Of a DNA stretch of 28,255 bases, positions 15,374 to 24,299 are shown piece after piece. The stretch's first letter is position 1. Each line of letters begins with the position of its first letter. The notes beneath the pieces were generated by a model, which had not been told where the DNA came from, made no database searches, and saw nothing but the letters and a program-made list of their open reading frames with translations. The DNA is from a virus (taxonomy: Duplodnaviria > Caudoviricetes), in the IMG/VR virus record IMGVR_UViG_3300044641_003395, positions 1 to 28,255 of that record; one strand, given 5' to 3'. The translations under genes and the position numbers were made by a program.

Positions 15374-17523
15374 TATCTTCTTCCATCAGGTTGAATGTCT
15401 ACCCTAAATAATCCATATCTCCAGTTTTCATCTGTAGATTCATTTTCAACTTTAATACTCATTAATCTATTCCTTGCTCTTGTATCTATCTTGGTTGTAG
15501 ATGAAGTAACCGTATAAGGTCCTAACATCTGACTATTTTGTGTTTGAGATGGATAATCTCTTAACAATAAAGTTACTTTAGCATTTCCTGTAAGGATTTT
15601 AAAGTCTGGAATAAATCTATTTATCTTCATTAAATATTGACCATCTCCCTCTACATCTAATTCAAAGTCTCCCGATTCAATGTAAGCAGGAATTGCAGTT
15701 TTAGTTCCTGAAATATCTACATCATTTACCCCTGTTTCATGCTCATAGTAAATAGATGCACCATTAGCATTAGTTATACCATTAATGGTTGGAAATGTTG
15801 GAAGCATAGTTTGATCATATTTAATAGCATAAGGTTTATCAAAAACCTCAGCATCTGCCCAAGAAGTTCTTGCAAGAGACATGGTTGTCCAAGTATTTTC
15901 TAAATAGTTATAAACAACCGATCTATCATTTTGAATTGAGTTATCACTTGGATAGAACCAAATAACTTCATTATATAAATTATTATGAGAGCCATAAATA
16001 ATATCAGAATTACTATAATTAATTCCTAAATTATCTCCACCCGTTGTAAATACAAAATCTTCAACTAAAGATGGTAATTGTTTAACTGTTCCATCATAGA
16101 CAAAGAAACCTCCTCCAGATCCCATCCAAAAAACGGCACCTTGTGCATAAACAATTGAATTTTGACTAATACAACCACAATTTGTTCCAACTTGTCTAAC
16201 AGAAAATACAAAGGGAGGTCCTACAAATTGAATAACATAAGCTGCTAAATCTGTAAGTACAAAAATATAGTCTTTTCCTTGAATAGCTCCTACAATAAAA
16301 TTACCTGTATCCAGTCTAAAGGTTCCTGCCGTATTGGTTGCAGTTGGATTGTAAGTATTAAAGTCTTCTTGATTTGAAAATCTTATAAACATTGGATCTT
16401 GAGTTAATAAATTACCAATTGATGTTTCTGTTCCAAGTAAAAATAAATGTCTATCTCTATCTGATACAATACTCATAACAGATGATGTAGGTGCGCCTGA
16501 AAGAACTGTTGCTCTATTTAAAAGAGGTGTAGATGCTCCGGGGTTCCATGAAAATGTTTTACCATTTCTAATAGTTGCAATTAGTATTTGTCCAAAGTTA
16601 TCAAGGGACCATAGTCCTGGTGATAAAGTAACTCCAACAGTTGCAGCCTGTCCCCAGCCAACAAAAGTTGAAGTATCAAAAACAGTTGCATTGTCTAAAT
16701 GAGATACCGCCGTTGTTCCACTTGCACCTCTACCGCAAGTTAAGAATTGAGTTCCGCTTTTACTAGCATAAGTAATTAATTCTGAATCTATTAGGATAGT
16801 TCCTGATGCAGGAAATCCTGTAGTTGAATCAACTGTAATAGTTCCAGTTGAATTATTGATCGCTCCATTTAATTGATTTTGTAATGATCCTGGAGTAAGT
16901 CCTCCATAAACTCCTGTACCAAAACCAAATCCTGAAATTTGAAATGGTGGGCCAATATCTACATAAGGAGTTGTAGTAATAGTGGATCCTCCCCCTGACA
17001 TACCCGTACCAGCCTCAACAACAGGCATGGTTACAGTAAAAGAATTTGAATTTGGGGTAGATATAATTTCAAAAGGATTTGTTGTAAAATTACTATCACT
17101 AAAAGTTGTAACACCTCCTCCTGCTAAAGATGGTGAAGTGAATACAATATAATCTCCAACGGATAAGCCATGAGCTACTTTAGTTACAGTTACTGTTGCT
17201 GAACCTGTTGTTGAAGTTAAATTACAACTTGTTAAAGCTGTTCCAAGTGGAGTGATATCATAAAAAACACCTTCTGAATAAATAACTAACAATTTATTAG
17301 TACCAATTGCTGAATAACGATTGCCATCTAATGCAGTCCAAGTTAAAATTTCTCTTGCTGAACCTGCTAGCCTTGAAGATGTAGTTTGTTGCCAGCCACC
17401 TATTTTCTCAGGGTAGCCATAACGAAAACGCACAAAATCTCCATCAATCCACTGGCCTTCTGCAGCCGTTGATGTGTCTTGCTTATTAAAACCTGCTTTT
17501 AATGGTATTTTTTTTAATGGCAT
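15373..17523 (-). CDS. Tail nozzle / packaged-DNA stabilization protein (P22 gp10 / T7 gp12-like)
   Basis: 716-aa beta-rich ORF (VRFRYGYPEKIGGW, IRFSNQED, NCGCISQNS, EVIWFYPS, C-terminal DGRR). Size and position upstream of ejection proteins fit. Confidence 0.65.
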   Translation of the reverse strand: MPLKKIPLKAGFNKQDTSTAAEGQWIDGDFVRFRYGYPEKIGGWQQTTSSRLAGSAREILTWTALDGNRYSAIGTNKLLVIYSEGVFYDITPLGTALTSCNLTSTTGSATVTVTKVAHGLSVGDYIVFTSPSLAGGGVTTFSDSNFTTNPFEIISTPNSNSFTVTMPVVEAGTGMSGGGSTITTTPYVDIGPPFQISGFGFGTGVYGGLTPGSLQNQLNGAINNSTGTITVDSTTGFPASGTILIDSELITYASKSGTQFLTCGRGASGTTAVSHLDNATVFDTSTFVGWGQAATVGVTLSPGLWSLDNFGQILIATIRNGKTFSWNPGASTPLLNRATVLSGAPTSSVMSIVSDRDRHLFLLGTETSIGNLLTQDPMFIRFSNQEDFNTYNPTATNTAGTFRLDTGNFIVGAIQGKDYIFVLTDLAAYVIQFVGPPFVFSVRQVGTNCGCISQNSIVYAQGAVFWMGSGGGFFVYDGTVKQLPSLVEDFVFTTGGDNLGINYSNSDIIYGSHNNLYNEVIWFYPSDNSIQNDRSVVYNYLENTWTTMSLARTSWADAEVFDKPYAIKYDQTMLPTFPTINGITNANGASIYYEHETGVNDVDISGTKTAIPAYIESGDFELDVEGDGQYLMKINRFIPDFKILTGNAKVTLLLRDYPSQTQNSQMLGPYTVTSSTTKIDTRARNRLMSIKVENESTDENWRYGLFRVDIQPDGRR

Positions 17524-17559
17524 AAAGTATTCTTATACCACCAAATTCTTTGATTTATA

Positions 17560-17622
17560 CTATTTTTTTAATAGTGGTATCCCTAATAAAGGTGTTTTAT
17601 CATATAAATTACAATCTGCAAA
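17560..17622 (-). pseudogene. Possible C-terminal remnant of a deleted 2OG-Fe(II) oxygenase gene
   Basis: Start-less frame FADCNLYDKTPLLGIPLLKK*, resembling the recalled NxxDxRPxLGxP C-terminus of phage PKHD-type hydroxylases. Confidence 0.45.
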
Positions 17623-17623
17623 C

Positions 17624-18214
17624 TTATACTATAAAACATTTCTGTGTAAAATTGAAACTAACTGATATTCTAATTTCATTAGATTGATTTGGATCTACAC
17701 AATGATTAAGCCAAGCTGGAAACATAATTAAACGTCCTGCAACGGGTTCATAATGTACTTCCCTCCAAAGTCTTTGTGGTTGTTCTCCTGGAATTTGTTG
17801 TGGTCTTGTCATTAAAGAAACTGATCTAGGATCTTCTAATTTTAAATGGCCACAATTTTTTGGAGTTTTTACATAATATACTCCAGACCATAATGAATTA
17901 GGATGGATATGAGTTCTGTTAAATCCACCAGGTGGATTAATGTTTGCCCACATATTACCTAAAAATGGTTCTGAAGCTAAATGTTCTGCGTTGTAAATAA
18001 TTTTTTGCGCTTGAAATAATATATCAACTAATTCTTTATATTCTGGAAAATCTGCCATATTAGAAGGAGAGTGCCAGCCATTAACATTAGTGCGTTGAAT
18101 ACCTTTATCTCTATTAGACCAATTAATAATATTTTGTTCTAACTTTTGATTAAATTCAATATTTCCTACATCTTTAATATAAATAGGAGTTGGAAAAAAT
18201 AATTCTCTGTTCAT
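17624..18214 (-). CDS. 2OG-Fe(II) oxygenase family protein (TIGR02466-like)
   Basis: LFFPTPIY, TNVNGWHS, MWANIN, HxH (THIHPNS), SGVYYV, FPAWLNHCV, RISVSFN. Confidence 0.9.
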   Translation of the reverse strand: MNRELFFPTPIYIKDVGNIEFNQKLEQNIINWSNRDKGIQRTNVNGWHSPSNMADFPEYKELVDILFQAQKIIYNAEHLASEPFLGNMWANINPPGGFNRTHIHPNSLWSGVYYVKTPKNCGHLKLEDPRSVSLMTRPQQIPGEQPQRLWREVHYEPVAGRLIMFPAWLNHCVDPNQSNEIRISVSFNFTQKCFIV

Positions 18215-18852
18215 CTATTTTTAATTTGGTTATAAAGAACATCACAGTTTGCAGCTAACGTTCTTCTTGTTTCATAGGTACCATTAAAAGGGTAAACACA
18301 ATGTCTCATATCATATGGAAATACATAAAAATCTCTAAGTTCCATTGGAGGTTGATAATCTATTTTTGCAAATTGACCACTAGATGATCCTAAAATTTGT
18401 AATCTTCCATTTTGTGGAGTTTGTTCTGCAGAATATTCAACACCATAAGTACTAGGTGTTTTTAATATCATAACTGAAGATAATCCTGTAGCCAAACTTC
18501 CAATATGTACATGACATGGATTATATTCGTGAGCTTTCATTTCATTAACCCAAACAGAATTTAATTTTAATTTATATTCTTTAATTTTATTAAAATTTAA
18601 ATAATGTTTAAATACTTCTAAAAACCAGCTTGAAACATTCACAGGTAATCTATTATGTCTTGTAACTTTAGATTCATCTTCTCCATCATAAAATAAAGAA
18701 TGTTCATTCATTATTTTACCTATTAATTGTTGATTAGCCTTATGTAATGTATTAAAATTTTGTTCATAAATTTGATTAATAGCTGTAAACACATCTAGAG
18801 GTGTTTCATATCTAAGAACAGATTGTCCTAAAAAAATAAAATCAAATTTCAT
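18211..18852 (-). CDS. 2OG-Fe(II) oxygenase family protein
   Basis: SVWVNEM, EYNPCHVH (HxH), LSSVMIL, FPYDMRHCVYPF, RRTLAANC. Confidence 0.85.
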   Translation of the reverse strand: MKFDFIFLGQSVLRYETPLDVFTAINQIYEQNFNTLHKANQQLIGKIMNEHSLFYDGEDESKVTRHNRLPVNVSSWFLEVFKHYLNFNKIKEYKLKLNSVWVNEMKAHEYNPCHVHIGSLATGLSSVMILKTPSTYGVEYSAEQTPQNGRLQILGSSSGQFAKIDYQPPMELRDFYVFPYDMRHCVYPFNGTYETRRTLAANCDVLYNQIKNR

Positions 18853-18854
18853 AT

Positions 18855-19532
18855 TTATGATCTTGGTTTACCATATGTGGGTAATTCTTCAGTTTTGGTA
18901 TGCCCTAACTCACCTGTTTGTATAATTCTTTCTAAAGATTGAAGTTGTCCAATAATATTGAATACCTCTGTTTCTGAAGATGCTGGAGTAATTGTTTTTG
19001 CTTTATTTTGATAAGTTTTATAATAAGATTCTAATTGATGTTGATTTACATCTTTATTATTAAAAGAGCCATCATCAAATTCTTTTTTTAATTTTGACCA
19101 CATTTTAATTTCTCTAATTCTATTTTTTGCAACTTGTTCCATAGAAGCTTTTGAAAATATCTTTTCATCTAAATCTATTTTATAAGATTCTAATTTATAA
19201 TCATCGGTTTCTGTTTCTACTTTTTTTTCTAACCATTTAATCTTTGCCTCATTTCTTCTGTAATCAAATGATAACACCATTAAATTATCTAAATAACTCG
19301 ATTGTTCTCTAACACATTGCCAATATTTAGAAGCTGTAGTTGGATAACGATTATCTTGTAATACTGAAAATCTTGCTTCTGTTTCTGTTCTGAAAATTTG
19401 TTTTTTAGTCCATGTATCTCGAAGTTCATCAACCATGGATTTAAAAGAATTTAAATCATCTTTTTCTAAAAGATTATTTAAATTTGTTTCTTCTTTTTGA
19501 ATTAATTCTTTTATATCTCTCTTCTCTGTCAT
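18855..19532 (-). CDS. Conserved hypothetical coiled-coil protein
   Basis: 225-aa charged helical ORF with a YPTTASKYWQCVREQ motif, directly downstream of the Kelch-like genes. Confidence 0.7.
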   Translation of the reverse strand: MTEKRDIKELIQKEETNLNNLLEKDDLNSFKSMVDELRDTWTKKQIFRTETEARFSVLQDNRYPTTASKYWQCVREQSSYLDNLMVLSFDYRRNEAKIKWLEKKVETETDDYKLESYKIDLDEKIFSKASMEQVAKNRIREIKMWSKLKKEFDDGSFNNKDVNQHQLESYYKTYQNKAKTITPASSETEVFNIIGQLQSLERIIQTGELGHTKTEELPTYGKPRS

Positions 19533-19572
19533 AAAGCTTTCTTATACACTTTTTTAACTATTTGTAAAGTTA

Positions 19573-20547
19573 TTAAAAAGAACCTATATTAGACTCATTC
19601 CAAGATTCTGTGTTTCCAACATTTGCTGTTGTTCTCCCACCAAAAGCTAAAGCTGTGGAGCTAATACCACAACCTGCTAACCTTCCAAGTGAATTTCCTC
19701 TTCCCGTATTTAAATTATTAACTTCCGTCCAACTTGTTCCATTCCAACGTTCTGTGTTAGCATAACGTGCTGCTCCTTGAATTCCACCAAAAGCTAAAGC
19801 CGCTGTGTTAGTACCACAACCTGCTAAATTAGATCTCGCTGTGTTTAAATTATTAATCTCCGTCCAACTTGTTCCGTTCCAAGTTTCTGTGTTTGATGTA
19901 GCTGTTCCAGGTGAAACACTTCCACCAAAAGCTAATGCCCCTGTATTTGTAGCTCCACAACCTGCTAAAGCTGATCTTGCAGTATTTAAATCATTTACTT
20001 CTGTCCATGAAATTCCATCCCAAGTTTCTGTATTTCCAACTACAACTGTTGTTTCACCACCAAAAGCTAAAGCAGCTGTGTTAGTTCCTGCTCCTGCTAA
20101 AATATCTCTCGCAGTAGTTAAATCATTAACTTCTGTCCAACTTGTTCCAGTCCAAGTTTCTGTATTTCCAACTACAACTGTTGTTTGACCACCAAAAGCT
20201 AAAGCTGCGGTATTTGTTCCACAACCTGCTAAATCACGTCTTGTTGTAGTTAAATCATTTAATTCTGTCCAACTAGTCCCATTCCAACTTTCTGTGTTTC
20301 CAACTCTAGTTGTAGTAAATCCTCCAAAAGCTAAAGCCGCTGTTTGAGTTCCAGAACCTGCTAAACTTGATCTTGCTGTGTTTAAATCATTAACTTCAGT
20401 CCAAACACCTGAAGAAAAAACTCCACCTACTAAACCTCTTAAGGAATCTGTTGTTGTATTAAACCAAATCTGGCCCAATAATGGATTTGCAGGATCTGCA
20501 TTTAATACTTGTATGTTTGTACCATAAATATTTTTAAAATTTGTCAT
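19573..20547 (-). CDS. Kelch-like six-bladed beta-propeller protein 3 (putative tail/receptor-binding)
   Basis: Six repeats of about 44 aa, LNTARxxLAGxGTxTAALAFGG-loop-NTExWNGTSWTE, with the Kelch GG...W signature. Confidence 0.8.
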   Translation of the reverse strand: MTNFKNIYGTNIQVLNADPANPLLGQIWFNTTTDSLRGLVGGVFSSGVWTEVNDLNTARSSLAGSGTQTAALAFGGFTTTRVGNTESWNGTSWTELNDLTTTRRDLAGCGTNTAALAFGGQTTVVVGNTETWTGTSWTEVNDLTTARDILAGAGTNTAALAFGGETTVVVGNTETWDGISWTEVNDLNTARSALAGCGATNTGALAFGGSVSPGTATSNTETWNGTSWTEINNLNTARSNLAGCGTNTAALAFGGIQGAARYANTERWNGTSWTEVNNLNTGRGNSLGRLAGCGISSTALAFGGRTTANVGNTESWNESNIGSF

Positions 20548-22360
20548 ATTGTGTTTAATATTTTATCTATTGAAACATAAAATTCCTCTGTAGATCCAGT
20601 GTTACCACTTTCTGTAGTAGTTCCTCCAAAAGCTAAAGGAGCTGTTTGAGTTCCTGCACCTGCTAAAGCTTCTCTTGCAATGTTTAAATCGTTTAGTTCT
20701 GTCCATGAAGTTCCATTCCAAGATTCTGCGTTTCCAACTATCACATCTCTCTGGAAGTCTGTTGCACCACCAAAAGCCAAAGCTGCTGTGTTAGTTCCAC
20801 AACCTGCTAATCGAGTTCTCGCCGTATTTAAATCATTAACTTCAGTCCAACTTGTTCCATTCCAAGTTTCTGTGTTTGCAAGTTCCAATCCAGAATCCCC
20901 AAATCCACCAAAAGCTAAAGCTGCTGTGCTAGTTCCTGCTCCTGCTAAATATAATCTTGTAGTATTTAAATCATTTAATTCTGTCCAACTTGTTCCATTC
21001 CAACGTTCTGTGTTTCCAACTGAAAAAATAGCTGTAGTACTTCCCCCAAAAGCTAAAGCAGCTGTGTTAGTTCCTGTACCTGCTAAACCTGATCTTGCTG
21101 TGTTTAAATTATTTAATTCTGTCCAACTTGTTCCATTCCAACTTTCTGTGTTGTTAACATTTCCTAAAGTGTCATCTCCCCCAAAAGCTAAAGCCGCTGT
21201 GTTAGTACCACAACCTGCTAAACTTGATCTTCCTGTGTTTAAATCATTTACTTCCGTCCAACTTGTTCCATTCCAAGTTTCTGTGTTTCCAATTTGCCCT
21301 GATCCACCAAAAGCTAAAGAAGCTGTGTCGCTAGTTCCTGCACCTGCTAAAAATGATCTAGCAGTATTCATAGAAGATACTGTTAACCAACCGGCAAATG
21401 TATTTGCAAGTCTAACTTTTAAAAGCCCAGAAGATGTATTGTACCAAACTTGTCCAATAAATGGATCTGATGGATCTCCATTAAAGTTTTGTACCTTACC
21501 TCCTTTTATATTTGTATAAGCGACCATAATTTTTAACTATAATTTACAAGAAGAGTTTTAGTTTGATAAACAGGGTTCCATTCTTCTGTGTTTGCAACAC
21601 TTACTGTTGTTAACCCACCAAAAGCTAAAGCAGCTGTGTTAGTACCTGCTCCTGCTAGTGATCTTCTTACTGTGTTTAAATCATTTAATTCTGTCCAACT
21701 TGTTCCATTCCAAGTTTCTGTGTTTCCAACATTTACTGTTGTAAATCCTCCAAAAGCTAAGGCTGTTGTTTGAGTACCATCTCCTGCTAAACTTTGTCTT
21801 GCAGTATTTAAATTATTAACCTCTGTCCAACTTGTTCCATTCCAAGATTCTGTGTTACCAACAATCGCAGTAGAAAATCCTCCAAAAGCTAAGGCTGAAG
21901 TATTAATTCCAACCCCTCCTAATGTATCTCTTCCTGTATTTAAAGAAGCGAGAATTGTCCATGAAGTTCCATCCCAACTTTCAGTGCTTCCAACTCTAGT
22001 TGTAGTAAATCCACCAAAAGCTAAAGCTGCTGTGTTAGTTCCTGCTCCTGCTAAATTAGATCTTACAACATTTAGATCAGTTAATTCAGACCAAGTTGTA
22101 CCATCAAATGATTCATTATTTGAAACATTAACTGTAGTATTTCCACCAAAAGCTAAAGCCGCTGTTTGAATTCCAGATCCTGCTAGTTCTTTTCTTGCAG
22201 TATTTAAATCATTTAATTCTGTCCAAGAAACTCCATTCCAAGATTCTGTGTTTCCAACATTTATTGTAGTAAATCCACCAAAAGCTAAACTTGATAACTG
22301 AGCTCCAGAACCCGCTAAAGTACGTCTTGCAGTATTTAAAGCAGTGCCCGCTGTCCAAGA
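19590..22360. repeat. Array of 18 coding repeats of about 132 nt (Kelch blades) across three genes
   Basis: Recurrent + strand words ccaaaagctaa, cctgctaaa, tttaaatcatt and gtccaacttgttccattccaa. Confidence 0.85.
20544..21527 (-). CDS. Kelch-like six-bladed beta-propeller protein 2
   Basis: Six LAFGG repeats and the shared N-terminal DPxxPxxGQVWYN segment. Confidence 0.8.
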   Translation of the reverse strand: MVAYTNIKGGKVQNFNGDPSDPFIGQVWYNTSSGLLKVRLANTFAGWLTVSSMNTARSFLAGAGTSDTASLAFGGSGQIGNTETWNGTSWTEVNDLNTGRSSLAGCGTNTAALAFGGDDTLGNVNNTESWNGTSWTELNNLNTARSGLAGTGTNTAALAFGGSTTAIFSVGNTERWNGTSWTELNDLNTTRLYLAGAGTSTAALAFGGFGDSGLELANTETWNGTSWTEVNDLNTARTRLAGCGTNTAALAFGGATDFQRDVIVGNAESWNGTSWTELNDLNIAREALAGAGTQTAPLAFGGTTTESGNTGSTEEFYVSIDKILNTI

Positions 22361-22495
22361 ATTAACAAATGTATCAGCTGTAAATTTAAAAGTACCTGTT
22401 GTAGTATTAAACCAAACTTGGCCTTCAACTGGATCCGTTGGATCAACAGATAAATTTTGAACTGCTGTCCCTTGTATACCTTTATAGTCTGACAT
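21533..22495 (-). CDS. Kelch-like six-bladed beta-propeller protein 1
   Basis: Six LAFGG repeats; N-terminal DPTDPVEGQVWFN. Confidence 0.8.
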   Translation of the reverse strand: MSDYKGIQGTAVQNLSVDPTDPVEGQVWFNTTTGTFKFTADTFVNSWTAGTALNTARRTLAGSGAQLSSLAFGGFTTINVGNTESWNGVSWTELNDLNTARKELAGSGIQTAALAFGGNTTVNVSNNESFDGTTWSELTDLNVVRSNLAGAGTNTAALAFGGFTTTRVGSTESWDGTSWTILASLNTGRDTLGGVGINTSALAFGGFSTAIVGNTESWNGTSWTEVNNLNTARQSLAGDGTQTTALAFGGFTTVNVGNTETWNGTSWTELNDLNTVRRSLAGAGTNTAALAFGGLTTVSVANTEEWNPVYQTKTLLVNYS

Positions 22496-22497
22496 AA

Positions 22498-23406
22498 TTA
22501 TTTATTTTGTAATAACCAACCTTGAGTATTGTCTGAAAATACTAATGTAAATCCTGCGCGTTCTATAGATACAGTTAAATCTTCAGCAACACCTTGAATG
22601 TTTTTACCATTTCTTGCAACAGTTAAACTATTTGTGTCAAATGTTCCAGCATAGTCAATAAAAGATACGAAATCTCCAATTGTAGGTGATGAAGGAAGTG
22701 TTGCAATAATTGCTCCTGAAGTTGTGTTTACAAAATAACCTTCTTTAGCAGTAATATTAAAATTTCCAGTTTTAACTGCTTGCCAATTTGCTCCACCAAA
22801 AACTGATGCAAAAGACAATACTGACGATCCATTTGTTTGTAATACTTGATTAGCAGTCCCATCCGCTGTTGGTAATGTAAAAGTTACACTTGATGCAATT
22901 GTTGTACCTGCTTTAAGTGCAACATATTGACCACCCGTTGCATCTTCAAATCTTAATTCATTTTGATTTGGTAAATTTATTGTAGATAATAAAGAGTTAA
23001 TATCTATAACATTTGTTCCATTTGAATATAAAAATTTTATACCTTTATCTGTTGTAGAAAAAATAGGACCTGTTCCTGAAACAGGTTTAAATTCAACAGT
23101 AAAAGCGCCTGTTGTGGCATTTTCTATAATATAAGTTTTTTCAATTCCATTTGGAATAGTTACAATTTGATTTCCAGTGATAGTTCCTGTTAATTTTATA
23201 ACTGCATTTCTAGCATTAGAAAGTGCAGCATTAGACATTACAAGAGTCGTTGTTTGAGCACTTCCTCCAATATTTACTTCTTGATAACCAGCGATAGCTT
23301 GTTGTACTAAATTTAAATTTGTATTTGTTTTATCTCCCCAGGTACCGGCGTTTTCGCCTGTAACCATGAGTTCTAGTTTAAGATCTGTAGAATAACTTGA
23401 TGCCAT
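22498..23406 (-). CDS. Tail fibre / tail appendage protein
   Basis: N-terminal ELMVTGENAGTWGDKTN, TLPTADGTANQVLQTNG linker, and a C-terminal GYFVNTTSGAIIATLPSSPTIGD...ARNG module recalled from phage tail/baseplate proteins; AAGGA RBS. Confidence 0.7.
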   Translation of the reverse strand: MASSYSTDLKLELMVTGENAGTWGDKTNTNLNLVQQAIAGYQEVNIGGSAQTTTLVMSNAALSNARNAVIKLTGTITGNQIVTIPNGIEKTYIIENATTGAFTVEFKPVSGTGPIFSTTDKGIKFLYSNGTNVIDINSLLSTINLPNQNELRFEDATGGQYVALKAGTTIASSVTFTLPTADGTANQVLQTNGSSVLSFASVFGGANWQAVKTGNFNITAKEGYFVNTTSGAIIATLPSSPTIGDFVSFIDYAGTFDTNSLTVARNGKNIQGVAEDLTVSIERAGFTLVFSDNTQGWLLQNK

Positions 23407-23467
23407 ATCAATTCCTTATTTTAACTATTTTAATTATCATTTTTTATCAATTAGTACAACTCTATAT

Positions 23468-24280
23468 TTATGCTGCAACATCAGTCCAAGTAATGGTTTG
23501 ACCAGTATTTACGTCTCCGTAATTTATATTTTGACCCGTATTTACATTTGTATAGTTTATATTTTGACCAGTATTTACATTAGCCCAAGCTGTTACAAAT
23601 AATTGTCCAGTTACCCCCGTTAAACTTTGACCAGTTAAATTAACCTTAGCTTCTGCTGTAGTTGTAACTGAGTTTAAAGCAGTTGTTAAATTTTCCCCTA
23701 TTAAATTAACATTAGCTTCCGCTGTAGTTGTAACTGAGTTTAAAGTTGTTGTTAATTGTTGACCAGTTAATTCAACTACTGAAGCTGGATCAACATTTCC
23801 TAAAACTGTAGTTAGTTGTTGACCTGTTAAATTAACATTAGCTTCCGCTGTAGTTGTAACTGAGTTTAAAACAGTTGTTAAATTTTCCCCTGTTAATGAA
23901 ACATTTGCGGTTCCTAAAACTGTAACTGAATTTAAAGTTGTTGTTAATTCTTGACCCGTTACATCTTGTTGAATACCTAATGCAATACTTACATTTGCTA
24001 AAGCTGTATCTAGTATATCTTCAAATACAGGAATTTGAACGGAGCCCCCTGCAGAAATTCCAATATTACTTTCAAGAACTTTAACTAATTGTTCCCCTGT
24101 TAAAACAGCGGTAGCATCATTTCCTAGTCCCCAAGGAACTATTCCCCAATTTTGAACACCCCAACCTTTTTCAAATAAACAAACAACGTTTCCTACGGAG
24201 GTGTTTAATTGTTGACCAGTTAATGTAAATTGTGGAAGAGACGAGAAAGGAGTTTCTGAAAACGCTGAAATTCCAAACAT
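23468..24280 (-). CDS. Repeat-rich virion structural protein
   Basis: 270-aa Thr/Val/Asn-rich ORF with 22-aa repeats (VxLTGQQLTTxLNSVTT), a GWGxxxWGxxxWG motif and three C-terminal VNTGQxI repeats. Confidence 0.65.
   Translation of the reverse strand: MFGISAFSETPFSSLPQFTLTGQQLNTSVGNVVCLFEKGWGVQNWGIVPWGLGNDATAVLTGEQLVKVLESNIGISAGGSVQIPVFEDILDTALANVSIALGIQQDVTGQELTTTLNSVTVLGTANVSLTGENLTTVLNSVTTTAEANVNLTGQQLTTVLGNVDPASVVELTGQQLTTTLNSVTTTAEANVNLIGENLTTALNSVTTTAEAKVNLTGQSLTGVTGQLFVTAWANVNTGQNINYTNVNTGQNINYGDVNTGQTITWTDVAA
23655..23870. repeat. Near-identical internal direct repeats
   Basis: gctgtagttgtaactgagtttaaa occurs at 23655, 23721 and 23847. A 44-nt identity spans 23701-23744 and 23827-23870. 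Confidence 0.85.
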
Positions 24281-24299
24281 AATATTATTTAATTAAATT

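Noticed and set aside
19805-22169. Long + strand ORFs (19805-20188, 20680-21519, 21588-21773, 21852-22169)
   Set aside because: They are antisense shadows of the Kelch repeats, explained by repetitive codon use. They have GTG starts and no RBS.
19590-22360. CRISPR array or diversity-generating retroelement
   Set aside because: The repeats are in-frame, degenerate coding units. There are no cas genes, no reverse transcriptase and no adenine-specific TR/VR pair in the window.
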